DNA from: Alphaproteobacteria bacterium | GTDB lineage: Bacteria > Pseudomonadota > Alphaproteobacteria > GCA-2731375 | Assembly: GCA_965225945.1 (NCBI GenBank) | Contig: CBDDBZ010000038.1 | Span: 480,001 to 544,000, forward strand | Length of the DNA: 64,000 bases | Direction of reading: 5' to 3' | In this document: piece after piece, positions 20,045-30,791 of the stretch | Position numbering within the stretch: the stretch's first letter is position 1 | Layout of the letters: each line of letters opens with the position of its first letter | Program-made: the position numbers and the translations under genes | Notes under the pieces: model-generated | What the model was told of the DNA's origin: nothing | Seen by the model: only the letters and a program-made list of their open reading frames with translations | Database searches by the model: none

Positions 20045-20694
20045 CAGCTCCCATCATTCGACGGCGCCGCATGCCCCGTCGGTCCCGCGTCCAGGTTCCA
20101 CGAGCGACAATGATGCTCGATGATCTCCTCGATTTCGCCGGCCAAGGCTCGGGGGTCGCGCTCGGCGCCTCCGTCGGGCCACTCCACCCGGCACTCGCCC
20201 GGGCCGAGCATCGGATCGCCGAGCAGGATGACCGCGCCGGAGAAGCCGGCGCCGGTGGCGACCTCGTCGATCCGTGCCCTCGTCGCCTCGACCAACGACT
20301 CCTCGACCCTGAGCACGATCCTCGGCTCCGTCGGCATGCGGGTGAGGCACTCGCCCGCCAGCGCCAGAATCTCCTCGACCGGCGCGCGCCGGATCAGCAC
20401 CGGCGCCAATTTACTGGCGATCAAATGGGCGAGGCGCGCGGCATCATCCCTGATCGTCTCGAGGCCGGCGCGGTGCGCGTCGTCCAGGGTCTCGAGGCCG
20501 GCGCAAATCGCCGTCATCGTCTCGGCGAGCGCGCGCTCGATCCCGTCGAGCGCTGCTTGTCGTCCCGCCGTCTCGCCTTCCGCGAACGCCTCCGCCCGGG
20601 CCTGATCCAAGACGTGGGCGCGCGGGTCGTCGACGTCGCCGGCGGCACTGAACACCGTGTCGAATTTGAAGCGGGTCGGGGATGGCGCGTTCAC
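20041..20694 (-). CDS. fliH: Flagellar assembly protein FliH
   Basis: RFKFDTVF N-terminus, EPRIVLRV, GECRVEWPDGGAERD; lies between fliG and fliN. Confidence 0.85.
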   Translation of the reverse strand: MNAPSPTRFKFDTVFSAAGDVDDPRAHVLDQARAEAFAEGETAGRQAALDGIERALAETMTAICAGLETLDDAHRAGLETIRDDAARLAHLIASKLAPVLIRRAPVEEILALAGECLTRMPTEPRIVLRVEESLVEATRARIDEVATGAGFSGAVILLGDPMLGPGECRVEWPDGGAERDPRALAGEIEEIIEHHCRSWNLDAGPTGHAAPSNDGSW

Positions 20695-20707
20695 CGTCGG
20701 TCCTCTT

Positions 20708-21727
20708 TCAATAAATCAGCTCGTCTTCGTCGCGATCTTCGGTCAGCATGATCTCGCCCCGGTCGGCGAGTTCCTTGGCGACCGTGACGACGTCCATCTG
20801 TGCCTCGTCGACGTCGCGCAGGCGGACCGGGCCCATCATCTCCATGTCCTCGCGCAGGATCTTCGCCGCGCGTTCCGACATGTTGGAGAAGAAGAGATCC
20901 CGGAGGGTGTCCGAGGCGCCCTTGAGACCGATCGCGAGCTTGGTGTTCTCGACCCCGCGGAGCAGGGTCTGCACGCCGCCGGGATCGAGGCGGATCAGAT
21001 CCTCGAAAGTAAACATCAAGGCCTTGATCTTCTCCGCCGACTCGCGATTGCGCTCCTCCAAGGAAGTCATGAACCGGTTCTCGGTGGACCGGTCGAGATT
21101 GTTGAAAATCTCGGCCATCATTTCGTGACTGTCGCGCCGGCTGGTGCGGGCGAGATTGTTCATGAACTCGACGTGGAGCGTCCGCTCGACCTTATCGAGA
21201 ATATCCTTCTGCACCGCTTCCATCCGCAGCATGCGCATCACCACCTCCATCGGGAAGTCCTCGGGCAGCGCGCCGAGAACGCGGGAGGCATGTTCCGCCT
21301 TCACCTTGGAGAGCACGACGGCGACGGTCTGCGGATATTCGTTCTTGAGGTAATTGGCGAGCACCGTCTCGTTCACGTTGCCGAGCTTGTCCCACATGGT
21401 GCGTCCGGCGGGTCCGCGGATCTCTTCCATGATCTGGCCGACCCGGTCGTCCGGCAGGATCTTGGTCAGCAGCCGCTCGGTGCTGTCGTAGGAGCCGACC
21501 AGCGCGCCGGTGTGGGACATATTATCGGCGAAGTCGACGAAGAGCTGCTCCACGGTGCCGGATTCGACCGCGCCGAGACTGGCCATCGCGGTGGACACCT
21601 CGCGGATTTCGTCGTCCTCCATCAGGATCCAGAGCTTCGCCCCTTGCTCCTCGCCGAGGGCGAGCATCAGCACGGCGGCCTTGTCCGGACCGCTCAGTCC
21701 CTGGCGCGTGGAGCGTGCCTTCGCCAT
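20708..21727 (-). CDS. fliG: Flagellar motor switch FliG
   Basis: [37 protein letters not shown]. Confidence 0.96.
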   Translation of the reverse strand: MAKARSTRQGLSGPDKAAVLMLALGEEQGAKLWILMEDDEIREVSTAMASLGAVESGTVEQLFVDFADNMSHTGALVGSYDSTERLLTKILPDDRVGQIMEEIRGPAGRTMWDKLGNVNETVLANYLKNEYPQTVAVVLSKVKAEHASRVLGALPEDFPMEVVMRMLRMEAVQKDILDKVERTLHVEFMNNLARTSRRDSHEMMAEIFNNLDRSTENRFMTSLEERNRESAEKIKALMFTFEDLIRLDPGGVQTLLRGVENTKLAIGLKGASDTLRDLFFSNMSERAAKILREDMEMMGPVRLRDVDEAQMDVVTVAKELADRGEIMLTEDRDEDELIY

Positions 21728-21737
21728 CGTTGCTTCC

Positions 21738-23495
21738 TAGCTCTCCTGGTACAGCCAGGTGCGCAGGATCGAGAGCGCCTCATCCGGGTGCTGCTCGACC
21801 AACTCGCCGATCTTGCGCACCGAGGAAGCCCGCACTTGGCCCTCGATTCGCGATGTCGCCGGCCGGCCGAAGTGGACTCACCGGTCAGCAGGCGCGGGCG
21901 ATGTCGATCATCACTTCGTTGTCCTCGCCGGCCGAAGTGGACTCACCGGTCAGCAGGCGCCTGGCTTCCTCGGGCCGCATCTCGCCGGCCTCGACGGCGG
22001 CGATGATTGCCTCGCGCTCGGCCGCCGGCATGCCGGACGCGGCGGGCGCCGGCAGCGCCGCCGCCGCTTCGGGCGCGGCGAGCGCGGGTTGTTTGGCGGG
22101 CGCGCCTCCCGTCGACGGGATCGCGGCGAGCAACGGGCGGGCGATGAACAGGAGCGTCAGCAAGGCAACCAAAACCAGCGCCACCATCTCCGCCGCCCGC
22201 ATCACGTCGCCGATCTCGAAGCCCATGACCTCGAAGCCGACAACGGTGTCCTCCAAGGGCTCCTGAAAGCGCTGGAATCGCATGTTCACGACCTCGACCG
22301 TGTCGCCACGCCCCTGGTCGAAGCCGATCGTCGATTTCACCAGGGTCGCGATCTTGTCGAGCTCGTCCTGTTTGCGCGGCGCGTAGACCATGGCGCCGTC
22401 CTGCCCGGTGGTGTAGGCGCCGTCGACCAGCACGGCGACGGAAATTCGCTTGAGCCGCCCGGATTCGTGAATCTGGGTCTTCGTCGTCTTGGAAATTTCG
22501 TAGTTGACGGTCTCCTCGGTGCGCTGCGTTTGGCTTTCGTTGGAGGCGTCCTCGCCGGCCTCCGCTTCGGGCAGGTTGTTGGCTACCGTGATCGATGTGT
22601 CCGCCTCGCTCTCACTCGTCGCCGTCGTCTCCTCCAGCGTCTGGGTCGAGCGGGCGACTTGGCTTTCCGGATCGTAGATTTCCTGTTTGGTGGTGATCCG
22701 GTCGAGATCCATGTCGACCGAGACCTCCGCTCTGACCCGTCCGACGCCGAGCGACTGCTCGACCAGGGATTCGATGGCGTCCTTCAGACGGCCTTCCTCG
22801 GCGGTCCGGGCATCCGCCAGGCCGCTGGCGCCGGCGCCGCCGTACTTGCCGGCGCGCGACAGCAACTGGCCTTGCTGGTCGACGATCGAGACCCGCTCCG
22901 GCTCCAGGTCCGGTACGGCGGAGGCGACCAGATGCTGCATCGCCCGGACTTGGCCGGCGTCGAGCCGGCTCGCGCCCCGCATGCGGATGGCGATCGAGGC
23001 GCTCGGCCGGCGGCGCTCGCGGGCGAAGACCTCGCGGCGCGGCAACACCAGATGGACCCGCGCCGCCGCGATCCGATCGATGCTTCGGATGGTCCGGGAT
23101 AGCTCGCCCTCGAGTGCCCTGAGGCGATTGATGTTCTGCACGAAGCTGGAGCTACCGAGGCTCTCGCCCTTGTCGAAGAGTTCGTAGCCGACCGAGCCAC
23201 CGGCGGGCAGCCCCTCGCGCGCCATCGCCAGGCGAAGCCGAAGCGCCCGATCCCGAGGCACCATGATTCGGCGACCATTCGCCTCGAGCTCGAAGGGAAC
23301 GCCCTGGGCCTCGAGTTGGACGACGATCTCGCTCGAATCCTCGACCGTGAGATCGCCGTAGAGGAGCGCCATCTTCGGCGCGCCCACCCGCTGGGCGAGG
23401 ACGAAGAAGGCGGCCAGGAGCGCCGCGCCGAGGGTGCCGATCAAAAGCAGGCGGGTCGGTCCGAGACGACGCACGTTCTCGACAAAACCGTTCGT
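21738..23495 (-). pseudogene. fliF: MS-ring protein FliF, disrupted (ACG in place of the start codon; 46-nt insertion near the 3' end)
   Basis: GYELFD, RALEGELSRTI, ARVHLVLP; RBS AGGAAGG then ACG-AAC-GGT-TTT; native tail IEGQVRASSVRKIGELVEQHPDEALSILRTWLYQES* is out of frame. Confidence 0.88.
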
Positions 23496-23573
23496 CGCCG
23501 ACCTTCCTGGAAGCCAGGGCGCGGAACACCGCCCATCCGCCAAGCGCCGACGTCACGGGTCCGATCGGCGGCT

Positions 23574-23588
23574 CGGCAAATACTGCCC
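23574..23588. promoter_or_regulatory. ftr-like (FlbD-binding) palindrome upstream of fliF
   Basis: CGGCAAATACTGCCC (GGCA-N5-TGCC); a TTAAC half-site lies at 23608. Confidence 0.5.
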
Positions 23589-23728
23589 AAGCGGGATGAA
23601 GATGCAGTTAACGGCGGAAAACCTTGCCTAGCGCGCTTCGGATTTGAAGCTATACGCCGGGGGAACGGGCGGCCTCGACCAATCTTGAAATGCCCTAGCG
23701 CGCTATCCTCCGGCGCGGCCAACAGCTC

Positions 23729-24076
23729 TCAGTCGCCGAGGCCGGGCGCGTATTCGCCGTGGCCGAGTTTGTCCTCGCGGATCCTATCCCAGGTCCGCTC
23801 GGCGTCCCGATAGGCCTGCAGTCGGGTGGTTCGCAGACCCGCTAGGCCATGACGCTCGATCGCCCGCTGCCAGGACAGGAACTCCTCGACCGACAGAACG
23901 TAACGTCGGCAGGCCTCGTCGAGGCTGATCAGGCCGCCGCGCACGGCGGAGACCACCTGCGCCTTGCGCCGAATCACCCAGCGGCTGGTGTTGGGCGGCG
24001 GTAGGTCGTCGAGCGTCAATGTCTCGCCGTCCGGTCCGATCACCCTGGGTTGCCGACTGTCCGTACGATGTTCCAT
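23729..24076 (-). CDS. sciP: CtrA inhibitor SciP (DUF1153)
   Basis: VIGPDGETLTLDDLPPPNTSRWVIRRKAQVVSAVRGGLISLDEACRRY..SVEEFLSWQ. Confidence 0.92.
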   Translation of the reverse strand: MEHRTDSRQPRVIGPDGETLTLDDLPPPNTSRWVIRRKAQVVSAVRGGLISLDEACRRYVLSVEEFLSWQRAIERHGLAGLRTTRLQAYRDAERTWDRIREDKLGHGEYAPGLGD

Positions 24077-24132
24077 CGGTGCTTCTGTCTTGCCTGCGAT
24101 TGTGTTCCGAGCGCCAAGCTAATCGCTTGAAT

Positions 24133-24147
24133 TTAAGGAAAATCTAA
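24133..24147. promoter_or_regulatory. CtrA-box-like site upstream of sciP
   Basis: TTAA-GGAAAAT-CTAA (one mismatch to TTAA-N7-TTAA), plus TTAAC at 24157. Confidence 0.6.
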
Positions 24148-24185
24148 GCGGCAGAGTTAACGGCGTGGTAACGATGTCACGGTGG

Positions 24186-25552
24186 CTATCTCAGCACGCG
24201 GACGAGCTCGTCGAGCATCTCGTCGGCGGTCGTGATTATCTTCGCACCGGCCGAGAAGGCGCGTTGCGTCACGATCATCGACGAGAACTCTTCGGCGAGT
24301 TCGACAGTCGAGGCCTCGAGGGCCGAAGGCGCCACGTTTCCGGACCCACCCTTGCCGGCTTCCTGCAACGTGAAGGCGCCGGAATCGAGGGTGCGATATA
24401 GGCGTTGCCGGTCCTGTTGCTGAGGCCGTTGACATTGGGGAAGTTGGCGAGCGGCAGCTTGAAGACATTGACCCGCTCGCCGTTGTCGAAAAGCGCGGTG
24501 ACGATGCCGTCTTCGTTCACCGAGAGCCCGACCAGGCCGCCGAACACGGCGCCGTTGACGTTGGTGTTGACCAGGATCGAGGCGGAATCGAACTGGGTCA
24601 CGCCGTCGGCGTTGCCGTCGGTGCCGAGATCGACGGTGAGCGCCGCGGGATTGAGGCCGAGGACGGTGGCCCAGGTGATGTTCAAGGTCGTGGGCATCGT
24701 CGTTCCGGCCGCGTTGTAGGTGCCGTCGGGGTTGAACTTCAGAATGCCGCTGGAGACCAGGCCGTTCGGGTGCGTGGGGAGGTCGACGTCCGCGGCGGGC
24801 TCGACATAGGCTTCCACGTAGCAGGCGTTGGGACCGGCGGCACCGGCCGGGTCGGCGCGGAGGAAGGAGAATGTGAGATCGCGGGTGCCGCCCTTGGAAT
24901 CCACCACCTGCACGCTGCGTTCGAAGTCGGCGATGATCTGCAGCGGATCGGTGTCCGGGCGCGCCATGTCGCCGGCGGCGTAGGGCTGAGAGGTGACCAG
25001 CGGGTTGATCGGTTGCGAGGACCACAGGTTGGCCTGCATCGAGATCAGCGTCGTCGGCTCGGCGGTACCGACGAGGGACTGCACGTTGACGCTCTCCAGG
25101 ATATTCAGATCGACGCGGTTGGCGGGGATGTTGCCGTTGGTGTCCATCGCCCAGCCCTGTAGGTAGAAACCGGCCGGATTGCGCAGGTAGCCGTCCGCAT
25201 CGGCGCTAAAGGAGCCCGCGCGCGTGAACAAATAATTGCCGTTGCTGGGGGTCGGCTGGTTCGCGGTATGAACCACGAAGAAGCCGTTGCCGGAGATCGC
25301 CAGGTCGGTCGGCGAGGCGGACGCCTGGAGCAGCCCCTGACGGTTGACCAAGGCTTGCGGCGAGGAACGGACGCCGCCGGCGGAATAGGTGGTGGCGCTT
25401 CGGGTCTGGGTCACCAGGGTGGAGAACGCAGCCTTGGTGGACTTGTAGCCGATGGTGTTCACGTTGGAGATGTTGTCCGCGATCATCGCCATCGACTGGC
25501 TCTGTGCCGCGAGGGCGGAAACGCCTGAAAACAGTGCACTGTAGAGACTCAT
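24186..25552 (-). pseudogene. flgE: Flagellar hook protein FlgE, frameshifted near 24393
   Basis: IADNISNVNTIGYK, DLAISGNGFF, TRAGSF; the C-terminal LEASTVELAEEFSSMIVTQRAFSA is in another frame after GNAYIA. Confidence 0.88.
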
Positions 25553-25616
25553 GACTTCTTCCTCCGTTGCCGCCGACGCCCGCTCTTCGGGTGCGGCGTT
25601 ACCTTGATTGGCAGCC

Positions 25617-26286
25617 TCAAGCGGCCGCCGCGTCGAGGCTCAGCCGCCGAACGTTGGAGAGCGGTATGGCGGCCTCGCCGATCATCAGCCGGGTCTCGCC
25701 GTCCGCGGTCTCGACCCCGTCGACCCGGCCGACGACGCCGATTCGGGTCGGCAGTTCCACGCCCTCGGCGCTACGCGCCGTGACGGTGAGCCGGTAGACG
25801 CCCTCCGGCGCCGCGTTGCCTGCGTTGTCGTTGCCGTCCCAGACGAAGCTTCGCTCGCCGAGTGTCGTATCGCCCCCCACCGTGCGGACCAGTCGACCGT
25901 TCGCGTCGGTGATCGTCAGCACGATCGCGTTGGCGGCGCCCTCGACCTCGTAGGTCCAGTCGGCGGCGCCGGCGGCGAGGTGCGTCGTGTTCCCATCCGC
26001 CTCGATCGTGCGGCCGAGATAGGAGGCGGCGGCGGCGGTCAACTGTGCCCGCGACAGGCTCAGTATGTTCTCCAGGTGCTTGTTGGTGGCGATATTCTGT
26101 TCGACGTTGGTGAACTGGACGAGCTGTTTCGGTGAATTCGGACGAACTGACCGGATCCAGCGGATCCTGGTTTTTCAGCTGCGTGGTCAGCAGGGTCAGG
26201 AAATTGTCGAAGGTTTCGGCGATGGAGGCACCGGCGCGCGCCGAACCACTCGTCGCCGTCGAACTCGCGAGGCCGGGGATTTCCAT
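25617..26286 (-). pseudogene. flgD: Hook capping protein FlgD, +1 frameshift near 26128
   Basis: FLTLLTTQLKNQDPLDP; ACC GAA A CAG CTC GTC CAG TTC has one extra A; downstream FVWDG..G..APEGVY. Confidence 0.88.
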
Positions 26287-26306
26287 GACTGGCTCCTCTC
26301 TTCGGC

Positions 26307-28268
26307 TCAGACGTTGATGTCGAGTAGGCGATCCGTCGCCGTTCGACGAGCATCGCTCGCCGCGATCGTCGCCGCGCCACCGGTCTCGATGTCGCGGCCA
26401 GGCCGGCCACTCGGATCGTCTCCGGCGAAGCCATCGCCCTCGCGGCCTTCGGACTCCCCACGCAGGGAGAAACTCAGGCCGCCCGAGCCGGTATCCAGAC
26501 CGGCATCCTGCAACGCCTTCTCCAACAGGCGGGCATCGCGCTGCAGCAGCTCAAGAGTGTCGATCCGGTCCGCCGTGATCACCGCCAGCACCCGGCCGTC
26601 GAAGCCGATGTCGAGCTTGATGTCGACGCGTCCGAGTTCCGCCGGATGCAGCCGGACGTTGATCCGCCTGAGGCCATCCTCGACACCCTGGGTGATCCGC
26701 GCCGCGACTTGAACCGTCGGTGGCGGTGGCGGCGCGGCCGGGCGTGTCGTGGCCGCGCCGAGGCGGCTCGCCGAATCGCTCGACGTGGCTTCCTGGGCCG
26801 GCCCGCCAGCCCCTTCGAGGTCGACCGCGAAGCCGCCCTCGCTCGCCAGCACGAGGCCGGCCGGGCGCGGGGCGAGGTCGGCGGTCGTCGCGGGAGCGCT
26901 CGACGGTGGCGGCGTCACGGTTTCGGTGAGCGGGGCCGCCGTCGGGTTGCCGCCGACGCGTGTCGCGAGCCCGAGGGCGACCGATCGCATCGAGCTTGCG
27001 CCGGCGATTTGCGACACCGTCGCGGTCCCGTCCAGCATGCCCCAGACACCGCCGACATGCGGGCGGGCGGAAGCTTCGGGCGCCGTGGCGGCCGATTGGA
27101 TCGTGAGCCGAGTCCGCGCCGCCGGATCACCTCCGCTCTCGGTGGCGATCTCCGGTTCGACGGACAGGCCGAGCCCGATGTTCGGCGTCGCGATAGCCCG
27201 AGGTGCTACGCCGCTCGCCCGTGGCGCCGTGGCGACAAGAGGGGTGGGCGATGCGACATTCGGGTTTGGCGTCGCGCCGGCGAGCAAGGCAATCGGCGAC
27301 GCAGCGGTCGGGTTCGGCGTCGCCCTGGCGAGCAAGGCAATCGGCGAGGCGGTGGTCGGGTTCGGTGTCGCGGCGGGGGGGCTTGCCGGCGCGGCCACGG
27401 CCGCCGGCGTTGCAGTGGCGAGCAAGGCAATCGGCGAGGCGGTGGTCGGGTTCGGCGTCGCGGCGGGGGGGCTTGCCGGCGCGGCCACGGCCGCCGGCGT
27501 CGCACTGGCGAGCAAGGCAATCGGCGAGGCGGTGGTCGGGTTCGGCGTCGCGGCGGGGGGGCTTGCCGGCGCGGCCACGGCCGCCGGCGTCGCCCTGGCG
27601 AGCAAGGCAATCGGCGAGGCGGTGGTCGGGTTCGGTGTCGCGGCGGGGGGGCTTGCCGGCGCGGCCACGGCCGCCGGCGTTGCAGTGGCGAGCAAGGCAA
27701 TCGGCGAGGCGGTGGTCGGGTTCGGTGTCGCGGTGGGGGGGCTTGCCGGCACGGCCACGGGTCTCGCGACGACGGGCAATGTCGACGTTGGCGTCGTCGT
27801 GGCATCCCTGGTGCCGTCGGCCGTGGGAGGCGCGGCGACAGGCGCGAGCGACGCCATCGGTCCGGCGTCGACCGGCGCGGGAACGGCGATCCGACCCACG
27901 TCCTGGATGAGAGCGGGCGCGACGACGTTGACGATTGACGCTGGCGTCGGCACGGCGATGACGATGGGCGTGGAGGGCTCGGCGACTCTGGTGGGAAACA
28001 GTCGGGTATCGAATACCCTCGCGTCACCGGACGCCGGCGGGGCACCGCCGTTCTCGGCACCGTCGGTTCGTGTTGGCGATGAAGCCGGACCGGCCGCCGT
28101 CTCGGAGCCTTCGATCAAGGTCGCAAAGCTTTCCGTAGTCTCTCCGTCCGCGCCGGCACCTGAGCTTTCGCTCGGGATCCGCTCCGGGCCGGGTCGCGCG
28201 ATCGACCCGGTGGTCGCCGGCGTCGGTGCCGTCGGTGTCGTCTGGGGAAGGGGAAGGGGCGCTGGCAT
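26307..28268 (-). CDS. fliK: Flagellar hook-length control protein FliK
   Basis: Ala/Pro/Thr-rich body; C-terminal INVRLHPAELGRVDIKL...TLELLQRDARLLEKALQDAGL..LSFSL; start uncertain. Confidence 0.88.
   Translation of the reverse strand: MPAPLPLPQTTPTAPTPATTGSIARPGPERIPSESSGAGADGETTESFATLIEGSETAAGPASSPTRTDGAENGGAPPASGDARVFDTRLFPTRVAEPSTPIVIAVPTPASIVNVVAPALIQDVGRIAVPAPVDAGPMASLAPVAAPPTADGTRDATTTPTSTLPVVARPVAVPASPPTATPNPTTASPIALLATATPAAVAAPASPPAATPNPTTASPIALLARATPAAVAAPASPPAATPNPTTASPIALLASATPAAVAAPASPPAATPNPTTASPIALLATATPAAVAAPASPPAATPNPTTASPIALLARATPNPTAASPIALLAGATPNPNVASPTPLVATAPRASGVAPRAIATPNIGLGLSVEPEIATESGGDPAARTRLTIQSAATAPEASARPHVGGVWGMLDGTATVSQIAGASSMRSVALGLATRVGGNPTAAPLTETVTPPPSSAPATTADLAPRPAGLVLASEGGFAVDLEGAGGPAQEATSSDSASRLGAATTRPAAPPPPPTVQVAARITQGVEDGLRRINVRLHPAELGRVDIKLDIGFDGRVLAVITADRIDTLELLQRDARLLEKALQDAGLDTGSGGLSFSLRGESEGREGDGFAGDDPSGRPGRDIETGGAATIAASDARRTATDRLLDINV
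27256..27760. repeat. 90-bp (30-aa) tandem repeat array in fliK
   Basis: Units begin at 27328, 27418, 27508, 27598 and 27688, with a 48-bp variant at 27280; ASPPAATPNPTTASPIALLAxATPAAVAAP. Confidence 0.92.
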
Positions 28269-28502
28269 GGAAAGGATCGTCGGGGTCCGCTTCGGTTTCA
28301 CTGCTTCCGTTCCGTCGCTCGCCGGGACTCGGAGACGACGACGGTCGGACCATCGCAAGATCGGGGCCAAGGCGAGTCTCGAGATCGAAGCCGCGAAATT
28401 GTGCCATTCCCGGTCGGGGCACGGCGCCGAGACGGCTCACCGACGGCAAGTTCTGCACCTCGTCCCGGTCGATGCTGCCGATCGCGCTCGGCGAATTCAT
28501 CG

Positions 28503-28517
28503 TTAACCGAAGCTTAA
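28503..28517. promoter_or_regulatory. Perfect CtrA box between fliK and the Sel1 gene
   Basis: TTAA-CCGAAGC-TTAA. Confidence 0.75.
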
Positions 28518-28967
28518 GGCCGCTCCGCGAGGATGGCGCATCGACGGGTCGCCGCGCGGTCCGTCCGCGACCATCGGGGATCTAGCGACATGATCACTTC
28601 GAACCTGGATACAGCCGCCGAACGCGAAGCCGCCGCCGCCGCTTTCGAGCGCGCCGACTTCGAAACCGCGCGCGCGTGTTGGCTTCGCGGCGCCGAGGCG
28701 GGCGACGTCGAGGCGCTGGTCGAGCTGGGCCTGATGCACAGCAACGGACGCGGCGCCGAACGGGATCATGTGGCGGCCAAGCCCTACTTCGAACAGGCCG
28801 CGGAACGTGGCCACCCCGAGGCGGAATACTGTTTGGGCGTGCTGTTCAACGCCGGTCTCGGCGTCGAGGACGACGCAGCCGAAGCCGCCTACTGGTACAC
28901 CCGGGCGGCCGAGAAGGGCCACGCGCTGGCGCAATGCAATCTGGCGATCCTCTACGAGAAGGGCTTA

Positions 28968-30139
28968 TACCAATCGGCATTAATCAGAACTCATGCGCCC
29001 ATTTACGCCGCCCGATGGACGTGATGTTCCATGGTTGATCGATGAGCTTGTTCCAGGCTTCGCAGCAGGAGGTGATGATCTGCTCGTCGGATTGGAAGAC
29101 CAAGTTGGACAGCCAGTTGTCGCGCATGAACTGCCAGATGTTTTCGGTCGGATTGAGCTCCGGCGAGCGTGGTGGCAGGGGCAGGAGGGTAACGTTGGCG
29201 GGGATCTTCAGCTTGTCCGTGGTGTGCCAACCCGCCTGATCGAGGAGCAGGAGGGCATGCGCGCGCGCGCCTACCCGGGAGGAGATCTCCTCCAGATGCA
29301 GCTGCATGGCCTGGGTGTCGCAGTGGGGGAGCACGAGGGCGGCGCCGACGCCGCGTTCGGGACAGATGGCGCCGAAGATATAGGCTGATTTGGTGCGCTG
29401 GTCATGCGGTGCGCGGGGCCGGGTTCCGCGCCGCGCCCAGCGCCGAGTGATCTTGTTCTTCTGGCCGACACGGGCTTCGTCCTGCCACCAGATTTCTATC
29501 TCGGTGCCGGCGGGCAGGCGCCGGCGGGCTTGCGCCACCAGCTCGGGGAATTTTTTTTAAAATCCTCGATGACGCCCTCCTCCTGGGCATGGTGGCGCGG
29601 ACGCGCCGTCATCTTCGTGAAGCCCATCGCCTTCAATTCCCGGCTCACCGTGGTCTCGTCGAGCGAGATCGCGAACATATCCCGGATCCAGCCCGCCAGA
29701 TCCTTCAGCCGCCAGCGCACCACGCCGTCGACCGCCGGGTTCGGCCCCGCATCGACGCGTGCCCCCAGCGCCTGGCGTTGTGCATCGTCGAGCTTCGCCA
29801 CCGCACCGGGCGCCTTGCGATCGATCAAGCCGTCCGGGCCCTCGGCGTTGAAATGCAACACCCAATCTCGGATCACCTGAAGCCCCACGTGGCCGGTCCG
29901 TGCCGCATCCGTCCGCCGCCCACCGTCATAGATCACCGCGAGAGCCAAGAGCCGGCGGCTCTGGCCGGCATCCTTGGAAAGCTTCGCCAAGCGACGCAGC
30001 TCCGCCGCATCGAAATCCTCTCGTAACCCGATCGCCGCTCCCATGGTGAACCTCCTCAACTCCGAATCACCGGAATTGAGTCAGAAATCATCCACCATGG
30101 GAATCCTCAAAGTGAGTCTCCCTCAAGGCCAATTGGTAT
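28968..30139 (-). mobile_element. IS630-family insertion sequence
   Basis: Ends TACCAATCGGC / GCCAATTGGTA(T); duplicated TA target at 28966-28967 and 30140-30141. Confidence 0.92.
28984..30044 (-). CDS. IS630 transposase, two frames joined at a slippery A8 run (29551-29558)
   Basis: HTH ORF (MGAAIGLREDF...) then DDE ORF with WQDEARVG, LLLDQAGWH, SPELNPTENIW; TTTAAAAAAAA at the junction. Confidence 0.9.
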
Positions 30140-30648
30140 TAGGCGTTACCCGCGACTTCTACAAGGCCGTCGACCTCTACGGCCGCTCGGCCGAGGGCGG
30201 CAATGTCGTCGCCGTCTTCAATCTGGGCGTCATGTGCGAAAATGGCATCGGTCTAGAGACGGACCGGGAACGCGCGGTGAAGCTCTATCGCGTCGCCGCC
30301 GAGTCGGGCCTCGCCGCCGCGCAGCACAATCTGGGCGTGATGTTGAGCGATGGCCGGGACGTCGAAGCCGACGACGAGGAGGCGCTGGCCTGGTTCGAGC
30401 GCGCCGCGGAGCAAGGCTACGAGCTTTCCGTCAAGAACCTGGCCGTGCTGCGGGCCGAGGCCGAATAGCGTCGGCGGGCGTTGAACTCGACCGCCCCATC
30501 CTAGACCAATGGACATGAACTTCACTCGAGGGCCCCACTTGCCCCGCCGACCACCCAGGACGGGTAGCCTCGCGGGTCGTTGGGAAGGGGCGTGGGGCGG
30601 CACGGGGAGTCGCCCGTCAAGGCTGTTGGTGTTGCGACGACTTCGGAG

Positions 30649-30664
30649 TGGCCCGAACCTTGCA
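30649..30664 (+). promoter_or_regulatory. Sigma54 -24/-12 promoter upstream of flgK
   Basis: TGGCCCGAACCTTGCA versus consensus TGGCACG-N4-TTGCW. Confidence 0.72.
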
Positions 30665-30791
30665 GCTGCTTGATCGAACGGCCCCGGCGCGGGCGTATCG
30701 ATCGAGGGACCGACGGATGAGCGGCACGGAAAGCCCCGAAAAGACCGACCTCGGCGGCGATTCGACCGAGACCGGGCGAGCATGCGGACGG

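Larger units (their letters stand above)
28590..30468 (+). pseudogene. Sel1-repeat protein interrupted by IS630
   Basis: Removing the IS rejoins ...AQCNLAILYEKGL|GVTRDFYKAVDLYGRSAEGG...; several A.YNLG..Y..G.GV repeats. Confidence 0.9.

Noticed and set aside
21862-21960. 34-bp repeat, 31-bp spacer, 34-bp repeat (mini-CRISPR-like)
   Set aside because: The spacer is native fliF coding sequence; a templated insertion explains it better.
27256-27760. Regularly spaced repeats resembling a CRISPR array
   Set aside because: The intervening sequences are also near-identical, the period is 90 bp and in frame within fliK, and there are no cas genes.
28393-28406. Possible sigma54 promoter for fliK (TGGCACAATTTCGC, minus strand)
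   Set aside because: GG-GC spacing is one base short of the strict requirement. It could be a decayed promoter but cannot be called.
29551-29558. IS630 frameshift as a pseudogene lesion
   Set aside because: A slippery A-run between the HTH and DDE frames is a normal programmed feature of many IS630 elements.
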